From an uncultured Actinomycetes bacterium (lineage in GTDB: Bacteria; Actinomycetota; UBA4738; JACQTL01): 64,000 nt of DNA. The stretch is from NCBI GenBank assembly GCA_963772375.1, contig CAVYXG010000009.1:31312-95311 (forward strand). The letters run 5' to 3'. How positions within the stretch are numbered: position 1 is the first letter of the stretch; every line of letters starts with the position of its first letter. The notes under the pieces were generated by a model that saw nothing but the letters and a program-made list of their open reading frames with translations, was not told the origin of the DNA and did not search any database. This document shows positions 21,549-30,818 of this stretch, in pieces. The translations under genes and the position numbers were made by a program.

Positions 21549-22565
21549 GTGGTCATGACCGACGTGCGGGCGCTCATCGAACGCATCCCCAAGGCGGAGC
21601 TGCACCTCCATCTCGAGGGCACGCTCGAGCCCGAGCTGAAGTTCGAGCTCGCGAAGCGGAACGACGTCGCGCTGCCATACGCATCGGCGGAGGAGATGCG
21701 CGCGGCGTACGACTACCACGACCTCAAGGGGTTCCTCGACATGTACTACGAGGGCATGGGCGTGCTGCGGGCCCGTCAGGACTTCCGCGACCTCGCGATG
21801 GCCTACTTCCGCAAGGCCGCGTCGCAGGGCGTCGTGTACGCCGAGGTGTTCTTCGATCCCCAGGCCCACGCCACGCGCGGCGTGGACCTCGCCACGGTGA
21901 TCGGCGGGATCCGCGATGCCCGCGACGAGGCGAACGACACGCTGGGCCTCCGCACGCAGCTGATCATGTGCTTCCTCCGGGACATGTCGGCGGAGTCGGC
22001 CATGGAGACGTTCGATCAGGCGCTGCCGTTCCGCGACGAGCTGGTCGGCGTGGGGCTCGACTCGAACGAGCTCGGCAACCCGCCCGTGAAGTTCGCCGAG
22101 GTGTTCGAGCGGGCCCGCGCCGAGGGCCTGCGCCTCACCATGCACTGCGACGTCGACCAGGTGGAGGCCGTCCGGAACATCGGCCAGTGCCTCCACGACA
22201 TCGGCGTCGAGCGCATCGACCACGGCTCGAACTGCCTCGACGACGAGGCACTCGCGAACGAGATCGCCGAACGCGGCATCGGCCTCACGTGCTGCCCGAT
22301 CTCGAACTCCTGGGTGGCCGGCGGCCTCAAGGCGCCCGAGCTCAAACAGCTCCTCGATCGGGGGATCCGCGCCACGGTGAACTCCGACGACCCCGCGTAC
22401 TTCCCGGGCTACGTGCTCGAGAACCTCGTCGCCGTGCAGGAGGCGGCATCGCTGACGGCGGAGGAGATCGTGCAGCTCGAACGCAACGCGTTCAGGATCG
22501 CGTGGCTGGACGACGCCGACCGGGCGGCGTACCTCCGGGACCTCGACTCGGCCGCCGCGGGCTGA
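21549..22565 (+). CDS. add: Adenosine/adenine deaminase
   Basis: PKAELHLHLEGTLEP, RIDHG, NSDDPAYF. Confidence 0.92.
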   Translation: MVMTDVRALIERIPKAELHLHLEGTLEPELKFELAKRNDVALPYASAEEMRAAYDYHDLKGFLDMYYEGMGVLRARQDFRDLAMAYFRKAASQGVVYAEVFFDPQAHATRGVDLATVIGGIRDARDEANDTLGLRTQLIMCFLRDMSAESAMETFDQALPFRDELVGVGLDSNELGNPPVKFAEVFERARAEGLRLTMHCDVDQVEAVRNIGQCLHDIGVERIDHGSNCLDDEALANEIAERGIGLTCCPISNSWVAGGLKAPELKQLLDRGIRATVNSDDPAYFPGYVLENLVAVQEAASLTAEEIVQLERNAFRIAWLDDADRAAYLRDLDSAAAG

Positions 22566-22658
22566 TCCTGCCGCACGGACCGATGAGTTCCGCGGCGCCG
22601 GTTCGTCGGAAACGAACAGCGGGCGGCGAACGACGCCGCGTGCGGGAAGGAGGCGACG

Positions 22659-23156
22659 GTGCAGGGCATCACCACGTTCCTGTGGTTCGACGAGCATGCC
22701 GAGGAGGCCGCCAACCACTACGTGTCCACCTTCAAGGCTATGGGCCGGGAGGATTCCGAGGTCACGCTCGTCTCGCGGTACGGGCCCTCGGCGGCGAAGG
22801 CGGCGGGCCGGCCGGAGGGGTCGGTGTTCACGGTGTGGTTCCGCCTGGACGGGCAGGAGTTCGGCTCGCTGAACGGCGGCCCGATGTTCCCGTTCTCCGA
22901 GGCGGTCTCGCTGATGGTGAACTGCAAGGACCAGGCCGACATCGACGGGTTCTGGGAGCGCCTCTCCGAGGGCGGCGAGGAGGGCCCGTGCGGCTGGCTG
23001 AAGGACCGCTACGGCCTGTCGTGGCAGGTCGTCCCCGCGGAGATGGAGCGCATGATGCAGCAGGGCGACCCCGAGCGGCAGGAACGGGTCATGGCCGCCG
23101 TGCTCGAGATGAAGAAGCTCGACCTGGCGGCGCTCCGGCAGGCGTACGACGGCTGA
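22659..23156 (+). CDS. VOC family protein (PhnB/3-dmu-9 methyltransferase-like)
   Basis: ITTFLWFD..AEEAA, LNGGP, CGWLKDRYGLSWQVVP. Confidence 0.92.
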   Translation: MQGITTFLWFDEHAEEAANHYVSTFKAMGREDSEVTLVSRYGPSAAKAAGRPEGSVFTVWFRLDGQEFGSLNGGPMFPFSEAVSLMVNCKDQADIDGFWERLSEGGEEGPCGWLKDRYGLSWQVVPAEMERMMQQGDPERQERVMAAVLEMKKLDLAALRQAYDG

Positions 23157-23171
23157 AAGGGGAGATCGGAG

Positions 23172-23549
23172 ATGGCGGAGTTCAAGTTCCAGGGGATCAT
23201 GATCGGATCGGGGGACCCCGAGACGTTGGGGAAGTTCTACACGGCCGTGCTGGGACGGGATCCCGAGATGGCCGAGGGCGGGTTCTTCGGCTGGGCGTTC
23301 GGCGACGCGTGGTTCTCGGTCGGCGAGCACTCCGAGGTGAAGGGCACCGCGGCGGAACCGCAGCGCGTGATCCTGAACCTCGAGACGCCCGACGTGCAGA
23401 GGGAGTTCGAACGCATCCGTGACGCGGGTGCGACCGTGGTGAAGGAGCCGTACGAGCTCCAGGGCGCGTGGATCGCGACGTTCGCCGACCCCGACGGGAA
23501 CTACTTCCAGCTGATGTCCCCGTGGCCGGAGGCCGCCGGGGCGAACTGA
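23172..23549 (+). CDS. VOC/glyoxalase family protein
   Basis: FYTAVLG, ATFADPDGNYFQL. Confidence 0.9.
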   Translation: MAEFKFQGIMIGSGDPETLGKFYTAVLGRDPEMAEGGFFGWAFGDAWFSVGEHSEVKGTAAEPQRVILNLETPDVQREFERIRDAGATVVKEPYELQGAWIATFADPDGNYFQLMSPWPEAAGAN

Positions 23550-23637
23550 CGACCCCCAGGCCGGCCACATCGCTTGCCGCCACGATCGATGACCGAATAG
23601 CGTGGGTGCGGTTCGAGCGGGAGCGGGAGCGAGGGTC

Positions 23638-25551
23638 ATGGCACGAGCACACTGGCTGCGGTTGCGTTCGTCGTTGGTGGTGGGTGCCGTGGCCCTCGTG
23701 GCCGCCGCGGCGATGATGGTGCCGGTGGGCGCGTCGCCGACGGCCGCCCTCCGCGCGGGCTGTTCGTCGGGGTCGCACTCGCTGTCGCCGCCCGGCTCCC
23801 GCGTCTACCCGGAGGTCGGCAACGGCGGCTACCGCAGCGTCCACACCCACGTGTTCATGGTGTACGACGCCCCGACCAACAGGTTCCTGCATGGGAACCA
23901 CGTCGTCCTCACCGACGTGGCCACCAAGTGCCTCACGGACTTCAGCCTCGACTTCGAACGGTCCTCCGCCGACCACAAGGCCGGCCCGCACCTCACGGTC
24001 GGGTCCGTGAAGGTGAACGGCCACCCGGCGGCGTTCGAGTTCGTGCAGCCGACCTACCCGGGAGACCCCAACGGCGACGACGACCCGGACCCGCTCGCCC
24101 ACGAGGTGTCGAACGTCAACCCCGTCGGCCCCGGCAACCCGAACCCGCCGGCCTGCTCGCCCCAGGTCGCGGGGGACTCGCAGAACGGCCAGCAGTGTCC
24201 GGCGAACAAGCTGGTGATCACGCCGTCGTCGCCGATCCCGAAGGGGTCGACGTTCGTGGTGTCCGTGGCCTACACGGGCAAGCCGGGCGTCCACCACGAC
24301 GGCGACGGCACCACCGAGGGCTGGTTCCGCTCGAACGAACCCCCGGGCGACGGCGGGTTCGTCACCACCGAGCCGGTCGGCACCGAGGATTGGATGCCGC
24401 TCAACGACTTCCCGACGGCCAAGCCCACGTACGACTTCCACGACACCGTGAACCTCGGCCGGACGGCGATCGCCAACGGCGAGCTCAAGACCTCCAACCC
24501 GCCGCCCCCCAACCCGCCGGACGCGAACTTCCCGGGGGGCTCGGTGACGTGGATCTGGCACAGCCCCGAGCCCATCGCCAGCTACCTCGTGGAGAACAGC
24601 GTCGGCGCGTACGGCCTCCGCGAGCTGGTGCGAAACGGCATCACGTTCTACGAGGCGCAGGCGCGCGCGATCCGCCCGGGCCGCAAGGCCCGGAACCGCG
24701 CGATCATGAACCAGCAGCCGGACATCACGCGGTTCGAGGCGAAGTTCAACGGGCCGTTCCCGCTCACGACGGACGGCGTGGTCGTCGGCCTGCCCACCGC
24801 GGGGTTCGAGGAGGAGATGCAGGGCAAGATCACGTTCCAGGGCGGCCGGGTCGACGTCGGGACCCTCTACCACGAGAACTTCCATCAGTGGTTCGGGGAC
24901 AACGTGTCCGAGGACCAGTTCCGCGACACGTTCTGGAAGGAGGGGTGGGCCACCGTCGGGGAGTTCCTGCTCGAAGCCCGCATCGCGCAGCGGAACGCCG
25001 GCGGCCCCGGGACGCCCGCCGGCGACCGGGCGTTCGACCGGTCCCTCCGGCGCGGATTCGCGTCGGTGTACGCGGCCGGTGGGAAGTTCTGGACGATCGC
25101 TCCGTCCGACCCGACCGTGGAGTCGTTGTTCGGCGGGGCGAACACCTACGTCCGTCCCGCGGCCGCCTACCTCGCGCTCCGGCAGATCCTCGGGGCCCGG
25201 GCGGCGCACCCCCGGCACGACCTGTGGATCAAGGCCATCCACGACATCCAGCGCCGGTACCGTGGCGGCTCCATCACCGAGGCGCAGCTCGAGGCAGTGT
25301 TCCACGACCGGCTCCCCAGCCAGAGCGCGGGATGCCAGGCCAAGCTGACCCGGTTCTTCCGGCAGTGGTTCGACACGGTGTATCCGGCGGGCGGTGGGGC
25401 GGCGAACGAGCCCCGGATCACCGGTCCCGGGCTCCCCGGTCCGGACCAGTTCTACGAGGCCGGAACCGCCTGCGCGCCGCCGCCCGGGTTCCCCGCGGTC
25501 CCGGCCCCCGCCGCGCCCGGGGCCCGGATACCGGACGTGGCCACCCGCTGA
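23638..25551 (+). CDS. Secreted M1-family zinc aminopeptidase
   Basis: Signal peptide; YPEVGNGGY; HENFH-x18-E zinc motif. Confidence 0.85.
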   Translation: MARAHWLRLRSSLVVGAVALVAAAAMMVPVGASPTAALRAGCSSGSHSLSPPGSRVYPEVGNGGYRSVHTHVFMVYDAPTNRFLHGNHVVLTDVATKCLTDFSLDFERSSADHKAGPHLTVGSVKVNGHPAAFEFVQPTYPGDPNGDDDPDPLAHEVSNVNPVGPGNPNPPACSPQVAGDSQNGQQCPANKLVITPSSPIPKGSTFVVSVAYTGKPGVHHDGDGTTEGWFRSNEPPGDGGFVTTEPVGTEDWMPLNDFPTAKPTYDFHDTVNLGRTAIANGELKTSNPPPPNPPDANFPGGSVTWIWHSPEPIASYLVENSVGAYGLRELVRNGITFYEAQARAIRPGRKARNRAIMNQQPDITRFEAKFNGPFPLTTDGVVVGLPTAGFEEEMQGKITFQGGRVDVGTLYHENFHQWFGDNVSEDQFRDTFWKEGWATVGEFLLEARIAQRNAGGPGTPAGDRAFDRSLRRGFASVYAAGGKFWTIAPSDPTVESLFGGANTYVRPAAAYLALRQILGARAAHPRHDLWIKAIHDIQRRYRGGSITEAQLEAVFHDRLPSQSAGCQAKLTRFFRQWFDTVYPAGGGAANEPRITGPGLPGPDQFYEAGTACAPPPGFPAVPAPAAPGARIPDVATR

Positions 25552-25629
25552 CGGAATTTTTGGGAACATCGCTCGAGCACCGGCGGCCACGCCGCGACCG
25601 CCGACGACCAGGGGGAGCTCCGAGCTTCG

Positions 25630-26493
25630 ATGTATCAGTGGTGGGTCCTGCTGCACCTCACGGGGGTGTTCGTATTCCTCCTGTCCCACGGGGTCTCCGT
25701 GGGCGTGCTGTTCCGCCTCCGGTCCGAGCGTCAGCCGGCCAAGGTGGCCACGCTCCTCGAGCTGTCGGGGACCTCGGTCAAGGGGTTCTACGTGGGCCTC
25801 GTCGTGCTGGTGGTGGGGGGGTTCGCCGCGGTCGCCTCCGGCCACCTGTGGGGGCAGGCCTGGATCTGGGTCTCGGTCGGCGTGCTGGTGCTGGCCTCCG
25901 TCGCGATGACCTCGATGGCCACGCCGTACTACCGGCGGGTGGGGTTCGTCGCCCGGGCCATGGAGGGGGGAACCGAGGCCGTCACGCCCGAGCAGTTCGA
26001 CGAGGTGCTGAAGGACAGCCGGTCGGGCTCCGTCGCCGGGATCGGCTTCGTGGCCCTCGCGCTGATCCTGTACATGATGGTGATGAAGCCCACGTTCGGG
26101 CTGGGGGGCTCGAGCGCGTCGCCGCCTCCGCCGTCGGGGTGCGCGCCGGCGACGACCATCCACGTCCAGGCGTCTGGGCTGAAGTTCGACACCGATTGCC
26201 TCGCCGCGCCCGCGAACACCGCGTTCAAGATCGTGTTCGACAACAAGGACCCGGATCAGCACAACGTCGCGATCTACAACGGCTCGACCAACCTGTTCCG
26301 CGGGGCCATCTTCGGCGGGCCGAACACCGAGACCTACTCGGTGCTGGCGCTCCCGGCGGGCACCTACAAGTTCCAATGTGACGTGCACACGTTCATGAAC
26401 GGAACCTTCAAGGTGGAGGCGGGCGGCGCAGCGACGGGCGGGCCCTCCTCCGGCGCGTCCACCTCCACGACATCGGGCACATCGGGGAGCTGA
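25630..26493 (+). CDS. 4-TM membrane protein (DUF2269-like) fused to a C-terminal cupredoxin domain
   Basis: N-terminal LLHL...SHG TM segments ending MVMKP; HNVAIY and YKFQCDVHTFMNG type-1 copper ligand set (H, C, H, M). Confidence 0.8.
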   Translation: MYQWWVLLHLTGVFVFLLSHGVSVGVLFRLRSERQPAKVATLLELSGTSVKGFYVGLVVLVVGGFAAVASGHLWGQAWIWVSVGVLVLASVAMTSMATPYYRRVGFVARAMEGGTEAVTPEQFDEVLKDSRSGSVAGIGFVALALILYMMVMKPTFGLGGSSASPPPPSGCAPATTIHVQASGLKFDTDCLAAPANTAFKIVFDNKDPDQHNVAIYNGSTNLFRGAIFGGPNTETYSVLALPAGTYKFQCDVHTFMNGTFKVEAGGAATGGPSSGASTSTTSGTSGS

Positions 26494-26496
26494 CAC

Positions 26497-27537
26497 ATGG
26501 GGTATCGCAGGATCCTGGCCGGGACGGACGGCTCGAAGACCGCGGCGGTTGCCGTGTCGGTGGCGGCGCGGCTGGCTGCGCGAACCGGCGCCGACCTCCA
26601 TCTGGTGATGGGTTGGCAGCCGCCGGAGCTGGACGCCGACCGGGCCGAGGCCATCCTGGCCAAGGCTCGTGAGGCGGTGTCGGACGGGAAGCTGACCGTG
26701 ACCGGCGAGCACCACATCGGCGACGGTGCGGCCGTGATCCTCGACGTGGCCAAGCGCCACCGGGCCGACCTGGTCGTGATGGGGAACAAGGGCATGGGCA
26801 GGGCCCGGCGGATCGGGCTCGGCGCGATCCCCGACAAGGTCGCCCACCAGGCCGGGTGCGACGTGCTCATCGTTCGCACCACCCACCACAATCAGCCGAT
26901 CACCGGCCGGGCCGAGGGCCTCTACGCGCACATGGTCATCGGGACCGACGGCTCCCCGACGGCGACCGAGGCCGCGTCGAAGGCGTTCGAGCTGGCCATG
27001 ATGGTCCGCTGCGAGGTGTCGGCCGTCTACGTGGGCGACCCGATCGTCGGAGCGATCACGCTCGAGGAGGCCGCCAAGCGCCGCATCGGCCGCACCAAGG
27101 TCCACCCGGTGGTCGTCGAGCGGGGCGAGCCGGCCAAGGTGCTGGTCAAGGTCGCGAAGGACGCAGGGGCCGACCTCGTGGTCGTGGGGAACAGGGGCAT
27201 GACCGGCGCCCGGCGCGTGCTCCTGACGAGCGTTCCGAACGTCGTCAGCCACACCGCCCCCGCCGACGTGCTGATCGTGCGGACGGTGGGGCGTTCCGTG
27301 GAGGACCTCCGGCCCGGCTCCGGCGGCGTCGTCCTGGCCGGCGGCCGTCCGGTCGCGGCGTACCTCGACGAGGGGGGCGTCCTGCACGCGTCCTCGCCGC
27401 GGTGCACGCACATGGGCTGCACCGTCGACTGGAACGAGGCCGACCGGACCTGGGACTGCCCCTGTCACGGCTCCCGCTACGACCTCGACGGCCACGTGAT
27501 CCACGGTCCGGCCACGAAGGACCTCGAACCGGCGTGA
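26497..27537 (+). CDS. Tandem universal stress protein domains fused to a Rieske [2Fe-2S] domain
   Basis: Two GTDGS...DLVV(M/V)GN(K/R)GM USP units; CTHMGC and WDCPCHGSRY Rieske boxes. Confidence 0.88.
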   Translation: MGYRRILAGTDGSKTAAVAVSVAARLAARTGADLHLVMGWQPPELDADRAEAILAKAREAVSDGKLTVTGEHHIGDGAAVILDVAKRHRADLVVMGNKGMGRARRIGLGAIPDKVAHQAGCDVLIVRTTHHNQPITGRAEGLYAHMVIGTDGSPTATEAASKAFELAMMVRCEVSAVYVGDPIVGAITLEEAAKRRIGRTKVHPVVVERGEPAKVLVKVAKDAGADLVVVGNRGMTGARRVLLTSVPNVVSHTAPADVLIVRTVGRSVEDLRPGSGGVVLAGGRPVAAYLDEGGVLHASSPRCTHMGCTVDWNEADRTWDCPCHGSRYDLDGHVIHGPATKDLEPA

Positions 27538-28751
27538 CCGGCCAACCCCGGCGCATCGTCGTCGTCGGGGCCGGCGTCGCCGGGGGCAGCGCGGCCCTCG
27601 CCGTCCGCGACGCCGGGTTCGACGGCGATCTCACGTTGATCGGCGCCGAGCCCCATCTTCCGTACGAACGGCCCCCGCTGTCGAAGGCGTTCCTCCGCGG
27701 CGAGCTGCGCGACGAACGCCTCGACCTGCGCCCGGCAGCGGCCTGGGGGGAACGCGGCATCGACGTCCGCACCGGAGCCCGGGTGGCGGCGATCGACCCG
27801 GCCGCCGGCGAGGCGACCCTCGAGGACGGCGCGGTGGTCGGGTTCGACCGGGCGGTCGTCGCCACGGGATCGCGGAACCGCCGCCTCGAGGCGCCGGGCA
27901 CGGACCTCGAGGGGGTGTTCGACCTGCGGACGGTGGACGACTGCCGGCGGCTGCGGGCCGCGGCGCAGCCGGGGCGTCACGCGGTGATCGTGGGGATGGG
28001 GTTCGTCGGGTCGGAGGTGGCCGCGTCGCTCCGCTCGCTCGGCGTGGAGGTCACCGCCCTGTTCCCCGGCGACGCGCCGCTCGACCGGGTGCTCGGCCCG
28101 GAGGTCGGGCGGGCGGTGGCCGGGGTGCACGCCGAACACGGCGTCCGGTTGCTGCCCCGGACCCGGTTCGCGGCCTTCGAGGGCGCCTCCGGTTCCGTGG
28201 CCGCAGCCGTGGCGGGGGACGGCCGGCGCTTGGGGTGCGACCTCGCGATCGTCGGCGTGGGCGCCCGGCCGAACGTCGAGCTCGTTCGCGCGGCGGGGCT
28301 GGAGGTCACCGACGGCGTCGTGGTCGACGACCGGGGCCAAACGAGTGCGCCGAACGTGCTCGCGGCCGGCGACATGGCGTCGTTCCCGCTGGGCGGGACG
28401 GGCCCGCACGTCCGCATCGAGCACTTCCAGCACGCGGTTCGCCACGGCCGGGCGGTGGGGAAGGCCGCGGCGGGGGAGGGCGAGCCGTTCACCGACGTGC
28501 CGTGGTTCTGGTCGGACCAGTACGACCAGCACCTCCAGTACGCCGGTTGGCACCGGACGTGGGACGCGTTCGAGGTGCGTGGCTCGGTGGACGCCCGCAG
28601 CTTCCTGGGGTTCTTCTGCGAGGCCGGCGTGGTGCGTTCGGTGGTGTCGATGAACCGCAACCAGGAGCTCCGCCGGGCGATGCCGGCGATCGGACGCGAG
28701 GTGTCGCCCGAGGTGCTGCGAGACGAATCCGTGGACCTCCGGGACATCTGA
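27534..28751 (+). CDS. FAD-dependent ferredoxin reductase (GR-type, oxygenase-reductase-like)
   Basis: GAGVAG, PYERPPLSK, GMGFVGSE, AAGD, VPWFWSDQYD; GTGA overlap. Confidence 0.92.
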   Translation: MTGQPRRIVVVGAGVAGGSAALAVRDAGFDGDLTLIGAEPHLPYERPPLSKAFLRGELRDERLDLRPAAAWGERGIDVRTGARVAAIDPAAGEATLEDGAVVGFDRAVVATGSRNRRLEAPGTDLEGVFDLRTVDDCRRLRAAAQPGRHAVIVGMGFVGSEVAASLRSLGVEVTALFPGDAPLDRVLGPEVGRAVAGVHAEHGVRLLPRTRFAAFEGASGSVAAAVAGDGRRLGCDLAIVGVGARPNVELVRAAGLEVTDGVVVDDRGQTSAPNVLAAGDMASFPLGGTGPHVRIEHFQHAVRHGRAVGKAAAGEGEPFTDVPWFWSDQYDQHLQYAGWHRTWDAFEVRGSVDARSFLGFFCEAGVVRSVVSMNRNQELRRAMPAIGREVSPEVLRDESVDLRDI

Positions 28752-28885
28752 TCCGGACCGCGGGCGACACCCGAACGGCCGATGACGGGTGACGGAGGAA
28801 TCACCCTTGTGCCCCCCGCCGGCGGGAGTCGATACTCGCCTTGGTTCGATGCGGTCTCGACCCCCCCTTCGAAAGGAGGCCGCCC

Positions 28886-30475
28886 ATGCGTCCGCCACCG
28901 CGTGTGGTGATCCCGATCCTCGTCGTCCTGGCCTCCGCCGCCGTCACCGCGGCGGCCGCCCCCTCCCACGGTCCGGGCAGGGGCGTGCGGCACGAGAGCA
29001 AGCTCGGCCGGGCGTCGATCGCCCACCGGATGAAGGGCGGAACCTTCTTCCGCCACTCCAAGGGCAACATCCAGGGCCACGACCAGGAGGGCGTTGCCAA
29101 GATCCCGACCGGGAAGTTCGTCAAGCGGATCCACACCGGGCAGTCGAGGGTCGTGCCGCTGCAACAGCCCGGGTCTCCGGCGCCCGCGGCGGAGACCCGG
29201 GCGCGAACGCTCACGTTCTTCCGAAACACCCCCCGGATCGTGACGGGCCTCGGAACGCCGAACGACCCGAACGTCGCGGCGGCGGGCCAGAAGGTGGTCG
29301 TGGTCAACAACGAGAAGATCTCGCTGTCGGTCGACGGCGGGCTCACGTTCCACTCCTTCGGCGTCGGATCCCTGTACGCGGACAGCCCCGACGGGGGGGT
29401 CTGCTGCGACCAGGTGATCCGCTACGCGCCGTCGATCAACCGGTTCATCTGGATCGACCAGTACTGGAACGCCGTCGGGCATCCCAACAATCGCGACCGG
29501 CTTGCGGTGTTCCCGCCGTCGGCCGTCACGACGGGCGGCCTGACGTCGTGGACGTACTGGGATATCACCGCCGCCATGCTTCCCGGGACCCATAAGTTCC
29601 TCGACTACCCCGACCTCGCCGTCGGCACCAGCTACGCGTACCTCTCACAGGACGCGGGCGACGCCTGCTGCAGCGTCAACCAGTCCTTCATCGCTCGGAT
29701 CGGCCTCGACAACCTCCAGAGCGGCCTGAACCTCGCGGCCGGGCCGCACGCGTGGCGCTATCTCGATCAGGTGCTCCTGGGCGGCCAGGTGGCACAGAAC
29801 ACGCTCGGTCGGGCGTTCTGGGCCCGGAACACCGACACCAGTCACATCCAGGTCAACTCGTGGGCCGAGTCCTCGACCTCGTACCTCAGCCCGGCGGCCA
29901 CGATCACGATCGGGACGTGGCCGAACTCCGACTACGTCAGCAAGACGCCCGACGGGACGCCGTGGATCGCGACCTACGGCGGGGCCGTGATCGGCGAGGC
30001 CCGCGGCGGGCCGAAGAACGGCAGCCTGTGGTTCGCATGGACGGCCGGGCGCGGATCCGGGAAGCTCAGCTGGCTCGCGCAACCCCACATCGAGCTGGTC
30101 GAGATCAGCGCCTCGGGCCTCTCGCTCGTCAGCCAGCGGGCCATCTGGAATTCGAACTACGCGTTCGCCTATCCCGCGCTCATGACGAACGCCGCGGGCC
30201 AGCTCGGGATCTCGATGGCCTGGGGAGGCGGGACGAACTACGAGAACTTCGCGGTGGGCAACCTGACCAACTCGCCGTTCCTCGTGTACAGCGCGACCAA
30301 CAGCACGGCGAACTGCGGGTGTGGCAGGTGGGGCGACTACTTCGGGATCGGGACGGCCGGTGAGGTGGACCGGCCGAACGAGTTCGTGGCGGCCGGGTAC
30401 GGGTTCAGCCCACCGCCCGCCGGCGGCCCGGCGAGCTACGACGCACACTTCGTCGGGTTCCAGATCGACCCGTAG
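28886..30475 (+). CDS. Secreted beta-rich hypothetical protein
   Basis: GGAGG RBS; signal peptide; CCDQ, DYPDL, RWGDY motifs. Confidence 0.75.
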   Translation: MRPPPRVVIPILVVLASAAVTAAAAPSHGPGRGVRHESKLGRASIAHRMKGGTFFRHSKGNIQGHDQEGVAKIPTGKFVKRIHTGQSRVVPLQQPGSPAPAAETRARTLTFFRNTPRIVTGLGTPNDPNVAAAGQKVVVVNNEKISLSVDGGLTFHSFGVGSLYADSPDGGVCCDQVIRYAPSINRFIWIDQYWNAVGHPNNRDRLAVFPPSAVTTGGLTSWTYWDITAAMLPGTHKFLDYPDLAVGTSYAYLSQDAGDACCSVNQSFIARIGLDNLQSGLNLAAGPHAWRYLDQVLLGGQVAQNTLGRAFWARNTDTSHIQVNSWAESSTSYLSPAATITIGTWPNSDYVSKTPDGTPWIATYGGAVIGEARGGPKNGSLWFAWTAGRGSGKLSWLAQPHIELVEISASGLSLVSQRAIWNSNYAFAYPALMTNAAGQLGISMAWGGGTNYENFAVGNLTNSPFLVYSATNSTANCGCGRWGDYFGIGTAGEVDRPNEFVAAGYGFSPPPAGGPASYDAHFVGFQIDP

Positions 30476-30497
30476 CGGGGAGGTGCGGGGGCCGGTC

Positions 30498-30818
30498 TCA
30501 GCCCCACCGGCCGTACAGCTCGCTGGCCGGGTCGAAGAACCCGCCCTCCGGCCTGGCGTGCGCGTGCCAATGGTCGGGGATGCGCCGGCGTTCGCCGTCG
30601 ATCCAGTAGCCGTCGGGGTAGCGCTCGGAGGCCACGGCGCCCAGTCGCTGCAACAGCGCGCGTTCGACGTCGGCGTCGGGCAGGCCGTGCGTCCGCCACA
30701 CGATCATGGGCGTGGCGCAGACCATGCAGTCGGCCACCCAGCAGTCCTCGTCCTCGAAGTGCCACCGCGTGATCTGTTCGGCCCGGCAGAGCAGGCAGTC
30801 AGGGGAGGACGATGGCAA
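30498..30818 (-). CDS. Small Zn-binding HIT-like protein
   Basis: CLLC, CMVC, HWHAH; start uncertain. Confidence 0.65.
   Translation of the reverse strand: MPSSSPDCLLCRAEQITRWHFEDEDCWVADCMVCATPMIVWRTHGLPDADVERALLQRLGAVASERYPDGYWIDGERRRIPDHWHAHARPEGGFFDPASELYGRWG

Noticed and set aside
23197-27504. Very long antisense or alternate-frame ORFs (e.g. 1435 aa here; also 38191-41466, 42756-46004, 13122-15869)
   Set aside because: Shadow ORFs expected at very high GC; Arg/Pro/Gly-rich, no motifs, and they overlap well-supported genes
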